Below are positions 26,495 through 36,286 of a stretch of DNA of 64,000 nucleotides, piece after piece (the first letter of the stretch is position 1; the number at the start of each line of letters is the position of its first letter). The translations under genes and the position numbers were made by a program. The notes beneath the pieces were generated by a model, which was not told the DNA's origin, did not search any database, and saw only the letters and a program-made list of their open reading frames with translations. Source of the stretch: Euryarchaeota archaeon RBG_19FT_COMBO_56_21 (GTDB lineage Archaea > Thermoplasmatota > Thermoplasmata > UBA10834); contig MGWC01000061.1 in NCBI GenBank assembly GCA_001800815.1, forward strand, positions 11,193-75,192, read 5' to 3'.

Positions 26495-27832
26495 ATGGCC
26501 TTCAGCGTGAGCGGTACTCTGCTTGCCTTCGACGATACTGATTCCCCGGACGGCATGTGCACGACATACCTGGCGTCTCTCATGATCGAGGAGCTCAAGA
26601 ACTATGACCTGATCGGCCTTCCGCGCTTGGTGCGGCTCGATCCCAACGTGCCTTGGAAGACCAGGGGGAACGCCGCCATATGCTTGCGGTTCGGAGAAGG
26701 TACGGGCGTCTCAAGACTCTGCGGCTTGCTTCCGGGACGGGAGGTCAGATACTATGAGAGCGGCCGCGCTGTCGAGAAGGGAAGCCTCCTGGAAGAGGCA
26801 TCGCTCGTGCTCGAAAGAGTTGCCCAGTTCGACTGTGAGAAGACGAACCCGGGCATCGTTGTGTCAGACCGGAGGCCCTCGCAAGGGCTGTACTGGGAAG
26901 CGGTGCGCGAAGTCGTCCCAATCAGGCGCGTCGAGAAGTCACTGAGCGAATGCGGCGCGGAGTGGAGAAAGTACAAGAGCGGGAGGGGAATAATCGGTGC
27001 AGCTTCCGCGATGGCGTGGCGCCCCAGAGATAGAACCTGGGAGGTGATCGCATATCGCCATCCCAAGATGTTCGGCAAACCACGAAGAGTTGATCCGAAG
27101 AGCGTGATCACCATGGACAAAACCACTAGGCACACTTTCAATAACTACGATTATGAGAGTGACCACATCGCCATCACTCCGGGGTCGCCTTGCCCCATCC
27201 TTTTCGGCATCAGGGGGGACTCAGCGGCCGAGCTCCTGAAGGCCAAGGACATGATAAGAGGGGAAAGGCCAGACAGGTGGCTTCTATTCCTCACCAACCA
27301 GGGTACGGATGACCACATCGCAAAGAGGAGGATTGGTGCGCTCAAGCCCATGGACTCCGCGAGAATCGAGGCCAGTGTCATCTCGCCGCCAGTCACGGTT
27401 CCTGGGAAGCACGTCATCCTCCGCGTATCTGACGGGGACGAAATCGACGCTGCCTTCTACGAGCCCTCTCGCAGTTTCCGTCAGGTGGGGCGGGCGCTCC
27501 TGCCAGGCGATGGAGTGACCATCTTTGGCTCCGTGCGCGAGGATAGAATGACACTCAACGTCGAGAAGATACACGTCAGGAGGCTCGTAAAGGATATCCG
27601 GAAGGTACACAACCCCGTCTGCAAGCGCTGCGGGAAGCGCATGGGCTCGATGGGATTCGGTCAGGGCTTCAGATGCAAGAGATGCGGTGCGAAGGCTTCT
27701 GGGTCAGCCGCGATGTCAAGAACCTTCGCGCGCTCCATCAGGCCTGGATGGTTCGAGCCGCCAGTCGCATCGCGAAGACACCTTCACAAGCCACTTCGGC
27801 GAATGTCGAGGGTGAACATAGACAATCTATAA
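26495..27832 (+). CDS. tiaS: tRNA(Ile2) 2-agmatinylcytidine synthetase
   Basis: The FDDTDSPDGMCTTYL signature, an OB domain and a C-terminal zinc ribbon CKRCG...CKRCG. Confidence 0.85.
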   Translation: MAFSVSGTLLAFDDTDSPDGMCTTYLASLMIEELKNYDLIGLPRLVRLDPNVPWKTRGNAAICLRFGEGTGVSRLCGLLPGREVRYYESGRAVEKGSLLEEASLVLERVAQFDCEKTNPGIVVSDRRPSQGLYWEAVREVVPIRRVEKSLSECGAEWRKYKSGRGIIGAASAMAWRPRDRTWEVIAYRHPKMFGKPRRVDPKSVITMDKTTRHTFNNYDYESDHIAITPGSPCPILFGIRGDSAAELLKAKDMIRGERPDRWLLFLTNQGTDDHIAKRRIGALKPMDSARIEASVISPPVTVPGKHVILRVSDGDEIDAAFYEPSRSFRQVGRALLPGDGVTIFGSVREDRMTLNVEKIHVRRLVKDIRKVHNPVCKRCGKRMGSMGFGQGFRCKRCGAKASGSAAMSRTFARSIRPGWFEPPVASRRHLHKPLRRMSRVNIDNL

Positions 27833-27904
27833 ATACGCTCCTGCGAATCATCAGCCTACCCTCCGCAAGGTGTTATCCAGCGCGCTGGGCAGGTGTGTAT
27901 GTTC

Positions 27905-29080
27905 ATGAAGGAAGCTGTCATCGTTAGCGCTACTAGGACTCCGATCGGCAAGTTCGGCGGAGCTCTCAAGGACCTGAGCGCTCCAAAACTAGGTTCCATT
28001 GCGGTGAGAGAGGCGGTCCTAAGGGCGAAAGTCTCCCCCAAGGAAGTCGAGGAGTGCATCATGGGGAACGTCCTCGCGGCAGGTCTTGGGCAGAACCCAG
28101 CGAGGCAAGCAGCTCTTCACGGAGGCCTGACCGAAGAGGTCGCCGCTCTGACCGTGAACAAGGTCTGCGGTTCAGGCCTCAAGGCGGTTATGCTGGCCTC
28201 TGACGCGATCCTGGCAGGAAAGGAACGGATAATCGTCGCCGGCGGTATGGAGAGCATGAGCAACGCCCCGTACCTCCTTGAGAAGGCGCGTTTCGGGTAC
28301 AAAATGTTCGATTCCCAGATAATCGATTCGATGGTCAGGGACGGTCTCTGGGATGTCTTCAACAACTTCCACATGGGCAACACGGGCGAGATATGTGCTC
28401 AGCGGAACGCCATCACGAGACAGGACGCGGACAAATTCTCGCTCTGGAGCCAGCAGAAGGCCGTCCAGGCGATTAAGAGCGGCGCGTTCAAGGACGAGAT
28501 AGTCCAGGTCGAGATCGAGTCCAAGAAGGAGAAGATCGTGGTCTCCGTCGACGAGGGACCGAGGGAGGACAGCACACTCGAAGGCCTCGCGAAGCTCAAG
28601 CCGGTTTTCAAGAACGACGGAGTCCTCACCGCGGGCAATTCCTCTACCATCAACGATGGGGCGTCTGCGACGGTCGTCATGGATTCCGAGCTCGCCAAGG
28701 AGAAGGGTCTGAAACCACTTGTGAGGATTGTGGACTATTTGACAGTAGGGGTCAGGCCTGAGCTGCTCATGGAGGCGCCGATACACGCCACCAAGAAGTT
28801 GCTCAACAGGAACAATCTTCAGATGGGCGATATAGACCTCATCGAGCACAACGAGGCCTTCTCAACGGCGTCCATCGCTACGATGCGCTCTCTCGTCATC
28901 CCAGAATCGCGATTCAATGTGAACGGCGGGGCGGTCGCTCTCGGACACCCAATCGGATGCAGTGGTGCGCGTGTCCTCACAACTCTGATCTATGCGATGA
29001 AGGCCAGAGAGGCGAAGAGAGGCATCGCAACACTCTGTCTGGGCGGCGGGAACGCTGTCGCGATGCTTGTTGAACAATAG
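27905..29080 (+). CDS. acetyl-CoA C-acetyltransferase (bacterial-type thiolase II)
   Basis: MKEAVIVSATRTPIGKFGG, active-site VCGSGLKAV, NEAFS and GHPIGCSGAR. About 391 aa from the ATG at 27905. Confidence 0.9.
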   Translation: MKEAVIVSATRTPIGKFGGALKDLSAPKLGSIAVREAVLRAKVSPKEVEECIMGNVLAAGLGQNPARQAALHGGLTEEVAALTVNKVCGSGLKAVMLASDAILAGKERIIVAGGMESMSNAPYLLEKARFGYKMFDSQIIDSMVRDGLWDVFNNFHMGNTGEICAQRNAITRQDADKFSLWSQQKAVQAIKSGAFKDEIVQVEIESKKEKIVVSVDEGPREDSTLEGLAKLKPVFKNDGVLTAGNSSTINDGASATVVMDSELAKEKGLKPLVRIVDYLTVGVRPELLMEAPIHATKKLLNRNNLQMGDIDLIEHNEAFSTASIATMRSLVIPESRFNVNGGAVALGHPIGCSGARVLTTLIYAMKAREAKRGIATLCLGGGNAVAMLVEQ

Positions 29081-29139
29081 TCCGGTTGTTGTCAAGCAAA
29101 GAAATATACTACTTCCAACTACACCGAGTGTCAACTCCA

Positions 29140-30390
29140 ATGGGCGATAGCATGAATGCGAAAGAGCTGATGCAAACCGTAGCCGAGGACAGGGACGAGC
29201 TCGTCGGCAATTTCTGTGAGATGCTCCGGATCAGCGCCGTGGGCCCAGAGAGCGGTGGCGAGGGCGAGACGGAGAGAGCGAAGTACCTTACCAAGCTGGT
29301 CAGGGATCTCGGATTCAAGTCCGTCGAAGTGTTGGAATCGCGTGACCCGCGGGTTCCCTCGGGCAAGAGGCCGAACATTATCATAAGGCTCAGGGGGAGT
29401 TCAGACAGGAACCTCTGGGTCGTCACGCACATGGATACTGTTCCCGTTGGGGACCTGAGCGCGTGGAAATCACCTCCACTCGAGCCGAGGGTCGAGGAAG
29501 GCAGGATATTCGCAAGAGGTTCCGAGGACAACGGACAGGCGCTGATTGCCTCGCTGTACGGGCTCAAGGCCCTCGTGAAGAATGGGATTACCCCTGAGTG
29601 CAACATAGGGCTCGTATTCGTCGCGGACGAGGAAATGGGGAACGTGCATGGCATTGATTTTCTACTGTCGAAAGGGGTCTTTCGAAAGGATGACATTGCT
29701 GTAGTGCCCGATCATGGCGAAAAGGACGGATCAGGCATCGTGGTGGTGGAGAAAGGAATCGCATGGATTGAGGTCGAGGTCGTTGGAGTCCAAACCCACG
29801 CGAGCACACCGGAGAAAGGTGTGAATGCCTTCGAGGCGGCTGCACGGTTCATGTTGCTGGCACTTGAGCGCGTGAGGAAGCGGTTCGACCTGTGCGATCC
29901 TCTTTTCGACCCGCCTTGCAGCACATTCGCTCCGACGAGATGCGAGGCGAACGGCCCGAACGTAAACACCGTCCCCGGTCGGCAGCGCTTCGCATTCGAT
30001 TTTCGGGTTCTTCCTGAATATGGGCTGGACGATGTGTTTTCGGAGGTAAGAGCAGCAGCAAACGATATCGAGAAATCGACTGGAGCTAAGATAAACCTGA
30101 AACTAGATCAAAGGGCGGATGCTGCTCCGAGAACGAAATCGGATGCCGAAATCGTTAGGAGGCTCTCAACTGCCATTGAAGTGGTTCGTGGCGTCAAAGC
30201 TCGTCCGATGGGAATCGGCGGAGGCACGTGCGCCGCGCCTTTCAGACGCTTGGGGATTCAGGCAGCCGTTTGGTCCACATCGACGCAGACCGCGCACGAC
30301 GCGAACGAAAACTGCAAAGTGGATGATGTGATAGCTGACGCCCAGGTTTACGCGTTGCTCTTCGCCGGGGATAATCTCGATAGGAACTAG
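29140..30390 (+). CDS. M20-family metallohydrolase (ArgE/DapE-like)
   Basis: HMDTV, RGSEDNG and ADEEMG metal-ligand motifs plus a dimerisation-domain layout. The start is at 29140 or 29152. Confidence 0.75.
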   Translation: MGDSMNAKELMQTVAEDRDELVGNFCEMLRISAVGPESGGEGETERAKYLTKLVRDLGFKSVEVLESRDPRVPSGKRPNIIIRLRGSSDRNLWVVTHMDTVPVGDLSAWKSPPLEPRVEEGRIFARGSEDNGQALIASLYGLKALVKNGITPECNIGLVFVADEEMGNVHGIDFLLSKGVFRKDDIAVVPDHGEKDGSGIVVVEKGIAWIEVEVVGVQTHASTPEKGVNAFEAAARFMLLALERVRKRFDLCDPLFDPPCSTFAPTRCEANGPNVNTVPGRQRFAFDFRVLPEYGLDDVFSEVRAAANDIEKSTGAKINLKLDQRADAAPRTKSDAEIVRRLSTAIEVVRGVKARPMGIGGGTCAAPFRRLGIQAAVWSTSTQTAHDANENCKVDDVIADAQVYALLFAGDNLDRN

Positions 30391-31352
30391 AGGGTCTCCG
30401 TCGACTTCGCCTGGGGTTCGTTGAAGATCCTGGCCACCATCCACTCAGGGTCGAATCTTCTGAACTCATCGTACTCTTGGCCTATGCTAACATAGGCGAT
30501 AGGCTTGCCGATGGTTTTGGCGATGGAGAGCGCAGCGCCTCCTTTGGCGTCCGCATCCACCTTGGTGAGAATCACACCATCTATGCCGACCGCGTCATCG
30601 AATCTCTTCGCCTGCTCCACAGCATCCGAGCCAGCCAGCGCATCTCCTACGAAGAAGACTATGTCCGGCTTCGCAACGCGCCTAATCTTCTTCATCTCGT
30701 CCATGAGGTTCGTGTTCGTCTGCATTCTGCCAGCCGTGTCGACCAGGACGATATCCTTCTTCCTCGCTTTCGCATGGTCAATCGCGTCGTAAGCCACAGC
30801 AGCGGGGTCGCTCCCTTCTTGATGCTTGATCACTTTGCATCCGAGCTTCTCCGAATGCAGAGTGAGCTGCTCGATGGCACCCGCGCGAAATGTGTCTCCC
30901 GCGGCGAGAACAATCGATAGCCCGTGCTTCTGCATCCTGTAGGCGAGCTTTGCGATTGCCGTGGTCTTTCCGCCGCCGTTGATCCCCACGAACATGATCA
31001 CGAAAGGCGGCGGTTTCTTCTTGATGAGGTCCATCAACGCAAACGGCTTCTGTTCAAGAATCTCCTTGACCGCCGCCCTCAGGGCGAGCCTTACGGCCTC
31101 GTCGATGTCAAAGGATTTGTCAATCCGCTTTCCGAGCAGCGAGGCCTTGACGCTCTTGGTCAGTTCCTCGGCCACCGGAAGGGCAACATCTGCCTCGAGA
31201 AGTCCCAGCTGGAGTTCCATGAGGAGATCATCCAGCATGCTCTCCTTCAGACGTCTTCCGGATTCGTCGACGACCTCCGAGATGTCCTCGATGCTCTTCG
31301 TCTTCGCCTCTTTCGAGACCGAGGAAAAACGCTCCCTGAGTCCCTTGAACAT
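30387..31352 (-). CDS. ftsY: signal recognition particle receptor FtsY
   Basis: NG domain with GINGGGKTT, DTAGR and TKVD. Confidence 0.9.
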   Translation of the reverse strand: MFKGLRERFSSVSKEAKTKSIEDISEVVDESGRRLKESMLDDLLMELQLGLLEADVALPVAEELTKSVKASLLGKRIDKSFDIDEAVRLALRAAVKEILEQKPFALMDLIKKKPPPFVIMFVGINGGGKTTAIAKLAYRMQKHGLSIVLAAGDTFRAGAIEQLTLHSEKLGCKVIKHQEGSDPAAVAYDAIDHAKARKKDIVLVDTAGRMQTNTNLMDEMKKIRRVAKPDIVFFVGDALAGSDAVEQAKRFDDAVGIDGVILTKVDADAKGGAALSIAKTIGKPIAYVSIGQEYDEFRRFDPEWMVARIFNEPQAKSTETL

Positions 31353-31361
31353 TTGCCGCCC

Positions 31362-31808
31362 TCAGATTTTGCCAGCGGACCGAAGCGCCTCAACCTGTGA
31401 CTGCACCTTCTCCGACAGCTCCTGAATCAGCGCCTCCGTCTGGGCTGCTCTGTCAACAATGGATTTGAACGCGCGCGACAGCTCGTCGATCTTCTCGTCT
31501 AGGAATTTCTCCGCCTCTTCTGGACTCCTTCTCACGGTGACGCCAGAGCCGATTCCCAATACCGCGGTCTTGTTATCCGAGACCTTGGCATGAATGAACG
31601 AGTCAGCGCCAATCGGGACGAGAACATCGTCGCCCGGGGAGCCCTTAGTCAACGACTTCACTGTCTCTCTTGCCCTCACATGCTCCTCGACCGCGAGCTG
31701 GATTAGCTGCTGCTGTTTCGAAAGGCCCTCGATCTGAGCCTTTGCCGTTTCGAGCATCATGTAGTCTTCTTGCAGCTTCCTGTCGTCGACGGCCTGAGGC
31801 GGGGTCAC
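31362..31808 (-). CDS. pfdA: prefoldin alpha subunit
   Basis: 148 aa with coiled-coil, beta-hairpin and coiled-coil layout (VLVPIGADSFIHAKV...). It sits in the classical LX-pfdA-ftsY cluster. Confidence 0.85.
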   Translation of the reverse strand: MTPPQAVDDRKLQEDYMMLETAKAQIEGLSKQQQLIQLAVEEHVRARETVKSLTKGSPGDDVLVPIGADSFIHAKVSDNKTAVLGIGSGVTVRRSPEEAEKFLDEKIDELSRAFKSIVDRAAQTEALIQELSEKVQSQVEALRSAGKI

Positions 31809-32038
31809 TTCTTCGCCTCCAGGATATGCCTCACTGCGTGGTCGGTTACCTCCTCGACCCTGAGAGACTTGACATTCTCGATCTGTATGAACTTCCGTTT
31901 GACCTTGTGTCTACTCCCCATCAGGGCGAGAGTCTTCTCCTTCGCCGCCGACTCATCTGCGGCAGCCACCTCTAACGCGAACGGCTGCCATTTGCGATGA
32001 GATTCAATGAACTGACCGCTAACTTCGAACGCCTTCAT
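31805..32038 (-). CDS. rplX: 50S ribosomal protein LX (L18Ae/L20A family)
   Basis: 77 aa, MKAFEVSGQF...WQPF..EV...ESAAKEKTLALMGSRHKVKR. It overlaps pfdA by 4 nt. Confidence 0.85.
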   Translation of the reverse strand: MKAFEVSGQFIESHRKWQPFALEVAAADESAAKEKTLALMGSRHKVKRKFIQIENVKSLRVEEVTDHAVRHILEAKK

Positions 32039-32151
32039 CGTGACCAGCTCGCCCTACAGCGGGCACTTGGGATAAAGCTTTTGCCCGCAACTAGGGGACC
32101 GCATGAAGGCTGCACAAGATTCATTACGCACGCTCACAATGTGAAAGGTTC

Positions 32152-32997
32152 GTGGCACGGACGATCGAGTGCTTCTACCCGGGGAACAGCTTCCCAGCGA
32201 TTTCGATTACAGGCAGAGCCTGCTCTCTGAATTGCAGGCACTGCGGAAAGAAGTACCTTGAGGGCATGATTCCGGCCGCGACTCCGGGCGACCTACTCGA
32301 GATCGCTGAGGCGCTCGCGCAGCGGGGAGCGAGCGGTTTCCTACTGAGCGGAGGGGCGGATTCTGTGGGCAAGGTCAAACTCGCAGACTATGCGGGCGTC
32401 ATCAAGGAGATCAAGTCCTCGACCGATCTCAAAGTCAACGCGCATATAGGCCTCACATCAGCAGACGACATCAGCAAACTCGTCGAATCGGGGATTGACG
32501 CGTTTTCCGTGGACATCTACGGCTCCGACGAGACGATTCATGAGGTGCTTGGGCTCAATGCCCGAGTTCGCGACTATCTCACAGTCTTGGAGAATCTCGA
32601 GCGGGTGGGTGCGAAGATGGTCGCGCCCCACATCTGCATCGGAATCCACGCGGGAGAGCTCAGGGGTGAGTTCGATGCGATCAAGGCGCTCAAGCCCCAC
32701 GCCCCGAAGACGCTCGTTCTGATGTCCCTGATACCCACGAGAGGGACTGCATACCAAGACATCGCGCCCCCAGCCGCTGAGGACATCCTCTCGGTCGTCC
32801 GGAATGCCAGAGAATCCCTTCCAGGGACCAGGCTGATGTTGGGCTGCATGCGCTCGAAGCTGGATCGGTCGCATGAATGCAGCCTTGTCGATGCAGGCTT
32901 AGATGGCATCGTGTTGCCGGCAAGCAGCACAGTCGAGAGGCTGATTGCAGAAGGATACAAGATCCGCAAGCGGTCAGTGTGCTGCTCCCTGATCTAA
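32152..32997 (+). CDS. radical SAM protein (COG2516-like)
   Basis: CSLNCRHC (the CX3CX2C cluster motif) near the N-terminus, plus LLSGG. GTG start. Confidence 0.7.
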   Translation: MARTIECFYPGNSFPAISITGRACSLNCRHCGKKYLEGMIPAATPGDLLEIAEALAQRGASGFLLSGGADSVGKVKLADYAGVIKEIKSSTDLKVNAHIGLTSADDISKLVESGIDAFSVDIYGSDETIHEVLGLNARVRDYLTVLENLERVGAKMVAPHICIGIHAGELRGEFDAIKALKPHAPKTLVLMSLIPTRGTAYQDIAPPAAEDILSVVRNARESLPGTRLMLGCMRSKLDRSHECSLVDAGLDGIVLPASSTVERLIAEGYKIRKRSVCCSLI

Positions 32998-32998
32998 G

Positions 32999-33844
32999 TC
33001 ATCTGTAGATGGAGCCAGCGGAGTATTTCCTCTCGATTGGTATGAGGTATGCGACCCAGGCAACATTCGTCACAACGAATGCGATCAGAAGTAGTGAGGT
33101 GACGCCAGTGAATGTGCCAGACACTTCTTTGATCAGTGTGACAACCGCGCTTGTGCTTATTTCGTCCATGCCGTTTATGACGATGTAGAATCTCGTGAAT
33201 TTGTCCAATTTGGGGATCTTGATCAAGAGCTCGTTGTCGACCGTGATGTAGTCATTCGTATTCAGCCGATATGAGGAGAGAGTGTTCAGTGAATCCGGTC
33301 CGTTATAGTACTGTCGGAATGCCTGCTCGACAATGATGTAGACTTGGACCTGCCTTGGCGCAGTGACATGGACACTAGCAGTCTCCATGAGAGAGAGCAC
33401 ATCGGACGAGTAGAAGTACGGAGGGTAGGTGCCAGGGGTGACATAGACCGATTCGTTCCTCGATTCCTCTATTCCACCGATTATCGACGGTACCGTCATG
33501 GTCATGACTACGATCGCGGCAACTGCGGCCATCATGATGGAGCGTTTCATCGACCGCTTCGCCATGAGGTGGCGCGCGCTGGAGCTGCGAGCGAAGCGGA
33601 GTTCAAGCATCCTGAAGAAGAAACTCTCGAGGCAGATAATCAGGAGCAGCAGGACTAGGACACCGAAGAACGCGTCGAGAGGGATATACACATACGGCTC
33701 GATGGTCGCACCGCCGAAGACGAATATGGTCAGGACCGCAAGGGCGACTAGCATTACTGCCTGCACGGCGTAGAGCGTCAGCTTGATCCTGTGGATCCTG
33801 CTGAGGCGTATGGAATCCTCAAGGACTTTGCCAGAGGCAGGCAT
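32999..33844 (-). CDS. hypothetical membrane protein (about 4 TM with an extracytoplasmic domain)
   Basis: Hydrophobicity pattern only. No family recognised. Confidence 0.4.
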   Translation of the reverse strand: MPASGKVLEDSIRLSRIHRIKLTLYAVQAVMLVALAVLTIFVFGGATIEPYVYIPLDAFFGVLVLLLLIICLESFFFRMLELRFARSSSARHLMAKRSMKRSIMMAAVAAIVVMTMTVPSIIGGIEESRNESVYVTPGTYPPYFYSSDVLSLMETASVHVTAPRQVQVYIIVEQAFRQYYNGPDSLNTLSSYRLNTNDYITVDNELLIKIPKLDKFTRFYIVINGMDEISTSAVVTLIKEVSGTFTGVTSLLLIAFVVTNVAWVAYLIPIERKYSAGSIYR

Positions 33845-33952
33845 CGTCTGTAAAAATGCTGAGGTCTCATTAAATAGTTTTGTGCCTCGGTCAGCTCTGT
33901 GAAAATGACGATGGCTGCAAAAGACTGGCGGACATGAGTTCTCCCGACGTGC

Positions 33953-35188
33953 CTATCCCTCCGCTCCCATCCTAGCCAACTTCCTGCACAGGAGGTATAC
34001 AGCGGCGAATTCAGGAACTGAGTTGCTGCCAGAATCCAAGGATAGCTTGCTCCCTTTCATACTCACATCGCATGGCTTGTCGCATTGGACAATCACCTCT
34101 TCTTCTCCGAAGGCTTCAGACACTGCATCTTCGAACGGGTCGAATCCGGTGAGATCTTGTCTCGTCAGTGGGATGACCTCGAATCCAGTCTTCCCGTGGA
34201 GCGATGTGGGCAGCCTAATCAGCCTCTTGATATCGGATGTGACGGGCTCGTCGGTCTCGCCTTTCATCCTTCCCCTGACGCGCTTGTCCACGAGATCAAG
34301 GAATGCATCGGAGTGTCGTTTTTCCGAGAACACCTCGAAGGTATTCTCCGCCCTCATTCTGTCAACCCCGCGCTTGCCGCTCCTCCCACCGAACAGATCC
34401 GTATAGAGCCCTTCCACAGTCTTCTTTCCAATCTCCCGTTTCGATTCCTTGAAGAGCTCCGCTAGTTTCGCATGCGCGTCAGCTGGTTCCATCGACTCTA
34501 TCTCGTCGAGGAGCGTGTTGATCCCCTTTCTGATGCGCCTCCGCCAACCGCCGTCATCGAGAGAAGGCATCGTTCTCTTCTTGTCGGAGTCCACCCTATC
34601 TTTGAACCGGCCTATCTCGAATGGTCTGGGAGGGAATACCCAGTCAATGTCAAGATCCGTGCCGGTGACATAGTCCACGATTTCGCGTCTCTCGTGACTG
34701 GTTAACCGCAAGACCTTGGGGGAGTTGATGTGCACATGGTATCCCCTGCCCCCCGAGAACGCTATCTTGAGCTCGTCCTCTGGCACCCCAAGGTCTCCGA
34801 GCAGGAACTCGTCGACCAGTCTCGTGACCTCCTCCTTGACCCTCTCGAGCATCTTCTCATAAGGCATGTTCTGCGCGCCCTCAACATGATCCGCGTCTAA
34901 ATCGAAGATCAGATCAGCACCCAGCCATTTTTTCTCGGGCATGGTCTGAGCGTCGGGTTTCTCGTAGTACGCGCACGAGTAGTATACGTGCGCGGGGGTC
35001 TGCTCTATGAGGTACTTCTTCAAGGATGCTCTCGTTGGGAATGCGGTATGTCGCACCATACCTTGGCGGTCGAAGAACATGAATCCGAACTCTCTTTTCG
35101 AAAACCTATCGGGCATGGCCAGGGCGGTCTGCCTGTAGTGTTTCGAGAACATCTTCATGATGAATCGGGTCGATGCGTCCAAGGCCAT
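33953..35188 (-). CDS. priS: DNA primase catalytic (small) subunit PriS
   Basis: DLIFDLDADH and FSGGRGYHVHI catalytic motifs. Confidence 0.9.
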   Translation of the reverse strand: MALDASTRFIMKMFSKHYRQTALAMPDRFSKREFGFMFFDRQGMVRHTAFPTRASLKKYLIEQTPAHVYYSCAYYEKPDAQTMPEKKWLGADLIFDLDADHVEGAQNMPYEKMLERVKEEVTRLVDEFLLGDLGVPEDELKIAFSGGRGYHVHINSPKVLRLTSHERREIVDYVTGTDLDIDWVFPPRPFEIGRFKDRVDSDKKRTMPSLDDGGWRRRIRKGINTLLDEIESMEPADAHAKLAELFKESKREIGKKTVEGLYTDLFGGRSGKRGVDRMRAENTFEVFSEKRHSDAFLDLVDKRVRGRMKGETDEPVTSDIKRLIRLPTSLHGKTGFEVIPLTRQDLTGFDPFEDAVSEAFGEEEVIVQCDKPCDVSMKGSKLSLDSGSNSVPEFAAVYLLCRKLARMGAEG

Positions 35189-35310
35189 CGTATTGAGTCA
35201 TCCAAGTGGCCAGTATATTAAACTCTCATCAGCGAGTTGCATGCATGTAACCCCTCAGAGAAAGCATAAAAAACCCACAGGGGCATCATATCGCAAGCCA
35301 GGTCGATGCA

Positions 35311-36195
35311 ATGATTAAGACCTACATCCGAGTCGAGCTCAGCAGCGAGGGCGAATCCCCAAAGCAGATAATAGAGCGAATGAGGAGGATTGGCGCGGTC
35401 CCGATGGTAGGGGACTACGATTTTGAGCTGAGGCTCACTGAGGATGAGAGGCTGTTCGACAAACTCGAGGAGATACACCACGCTCTGAAAGGTTCGAACG
35501 TGAGGTACGCCCTGACAACGAGGACGGACGCGGAGGCCGAGGACATGGTCAGGAGCAAGCGCGAGATCACCCACTATGTCGGCGAGAAGCCGGTCGAGCT
35601 GAAGAAGGCGCTCTACAAGGCGAAACTGGACCGATGGAGGGAGATGGGTCTTGATGTTTCGGAGCTAGAGGAACTCTTGGAGAAGGACATCGAGTCCTTC
35701 AAAACGGCTAGCAAGCAGTTCCTGCGCACGCACCTCGATCAAATGGTCGTGAAGGACAAGAGCCCCGCAAACAACGTCATCGACATGCATGTGCTCGCTG
35801 TGCTTGACGAGAAAGGAAAGGATATCCGCGACCTCGCGCAGCGGACAAAATACACGGAAGAGCAGGTCACGCTCTCGCTCGGAAGGTTGATATCCGCAGG
35901 AAGCGCGGTAAGATCTCAGAACGGTGACAATGAGCTATTCTCTGTCACGCAGCCGCCCGCGCCGCCCAGCCACTTCAGAAAGACCGTTACAATCCTGCCC
36001 GCGAAGAGCGAAGCAGAAGCGGAGGATAGGATATTCGGCTCCATTCCCGTAGAAGGCATCTCGTCAAGAGATCTGATACGATCGGCGAAGCTGCCCCGCG
36101 ACCAGTTCGTGAGGGCCTTGAAGAATCTCCAGAAGGGCGGGAAGGTCAAGATCATCAAGAAGAATCAGAAGGAATTCTACTACATGAAGGCTTGA
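35311..36195 (+). CDS. hypothetical protein with charged coiled-coil middle and two C-terminal winged-helix-like modules
   Basis: The wHTH-like segments are VLAVLDEKGKDIRDLAQRTKYTEEQVTLSLGRLISAG and ISSRDLIRSAKLPRDQFVRALKNLQKGGKV. Divergent from priS. An A-rich TATA-like box (aaagcataaaaaa) lies about 45 nt upstream. Confidence 0.45.
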   Translation: MIKTYIRVELSSEGESPKQIIERMRRIGAVPMVGDYDFELRLTEDERLFDKLEEIHHALKGSNVRYALTTRTDAEAEDMVRSKREITHYVGEKPVELKKALYKAKLDRWREMGLDVSELEELLEKDIESFKTASKQFLRTHLDQMVVKDKSPANNVIDMHVLAVLDEKGKDIRDLAQRTKYTEEQVTLSLGRLISAGSAVRSQNGDNELFSVTQPPAPPSHFRKTVTILPAKSEAEAEDRIFGSIPVEGISSRDLIRSAKLPRDQFVRALKNLQKGGKVKIIKKNQKEFYYMKA

Positions 36196-36233
36196 ACCGT
36201 AGCCCGAGTTCGGTTTTCGCTGGCTCTGCCTCC

Positions 36234-36245
36234 AAAGGTTTAATA
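36234..36245 (+). promoter_or_regulatory. BRE/TATA-like box AAAGGTTTAATA upstream of the ECF operon
   Basis: Lies about 45 nt upstream of the ATG at 36287, with AGGTGA about 4 nt upstream of the start. Confidence 0.4.
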
Positions 36246-36286
36246 GAGAACCGCCCGATTGAGCGATTCCTCTCCGCAGGTGACCG

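Noticed and set aside
35218-35574. A minus-strand 118-aa ORF spanning the priS-divergent intergenic region.
   Set aside because: It would run through both predicted promoters and overlaps the better-supported plus-strand gene starting at 35311.
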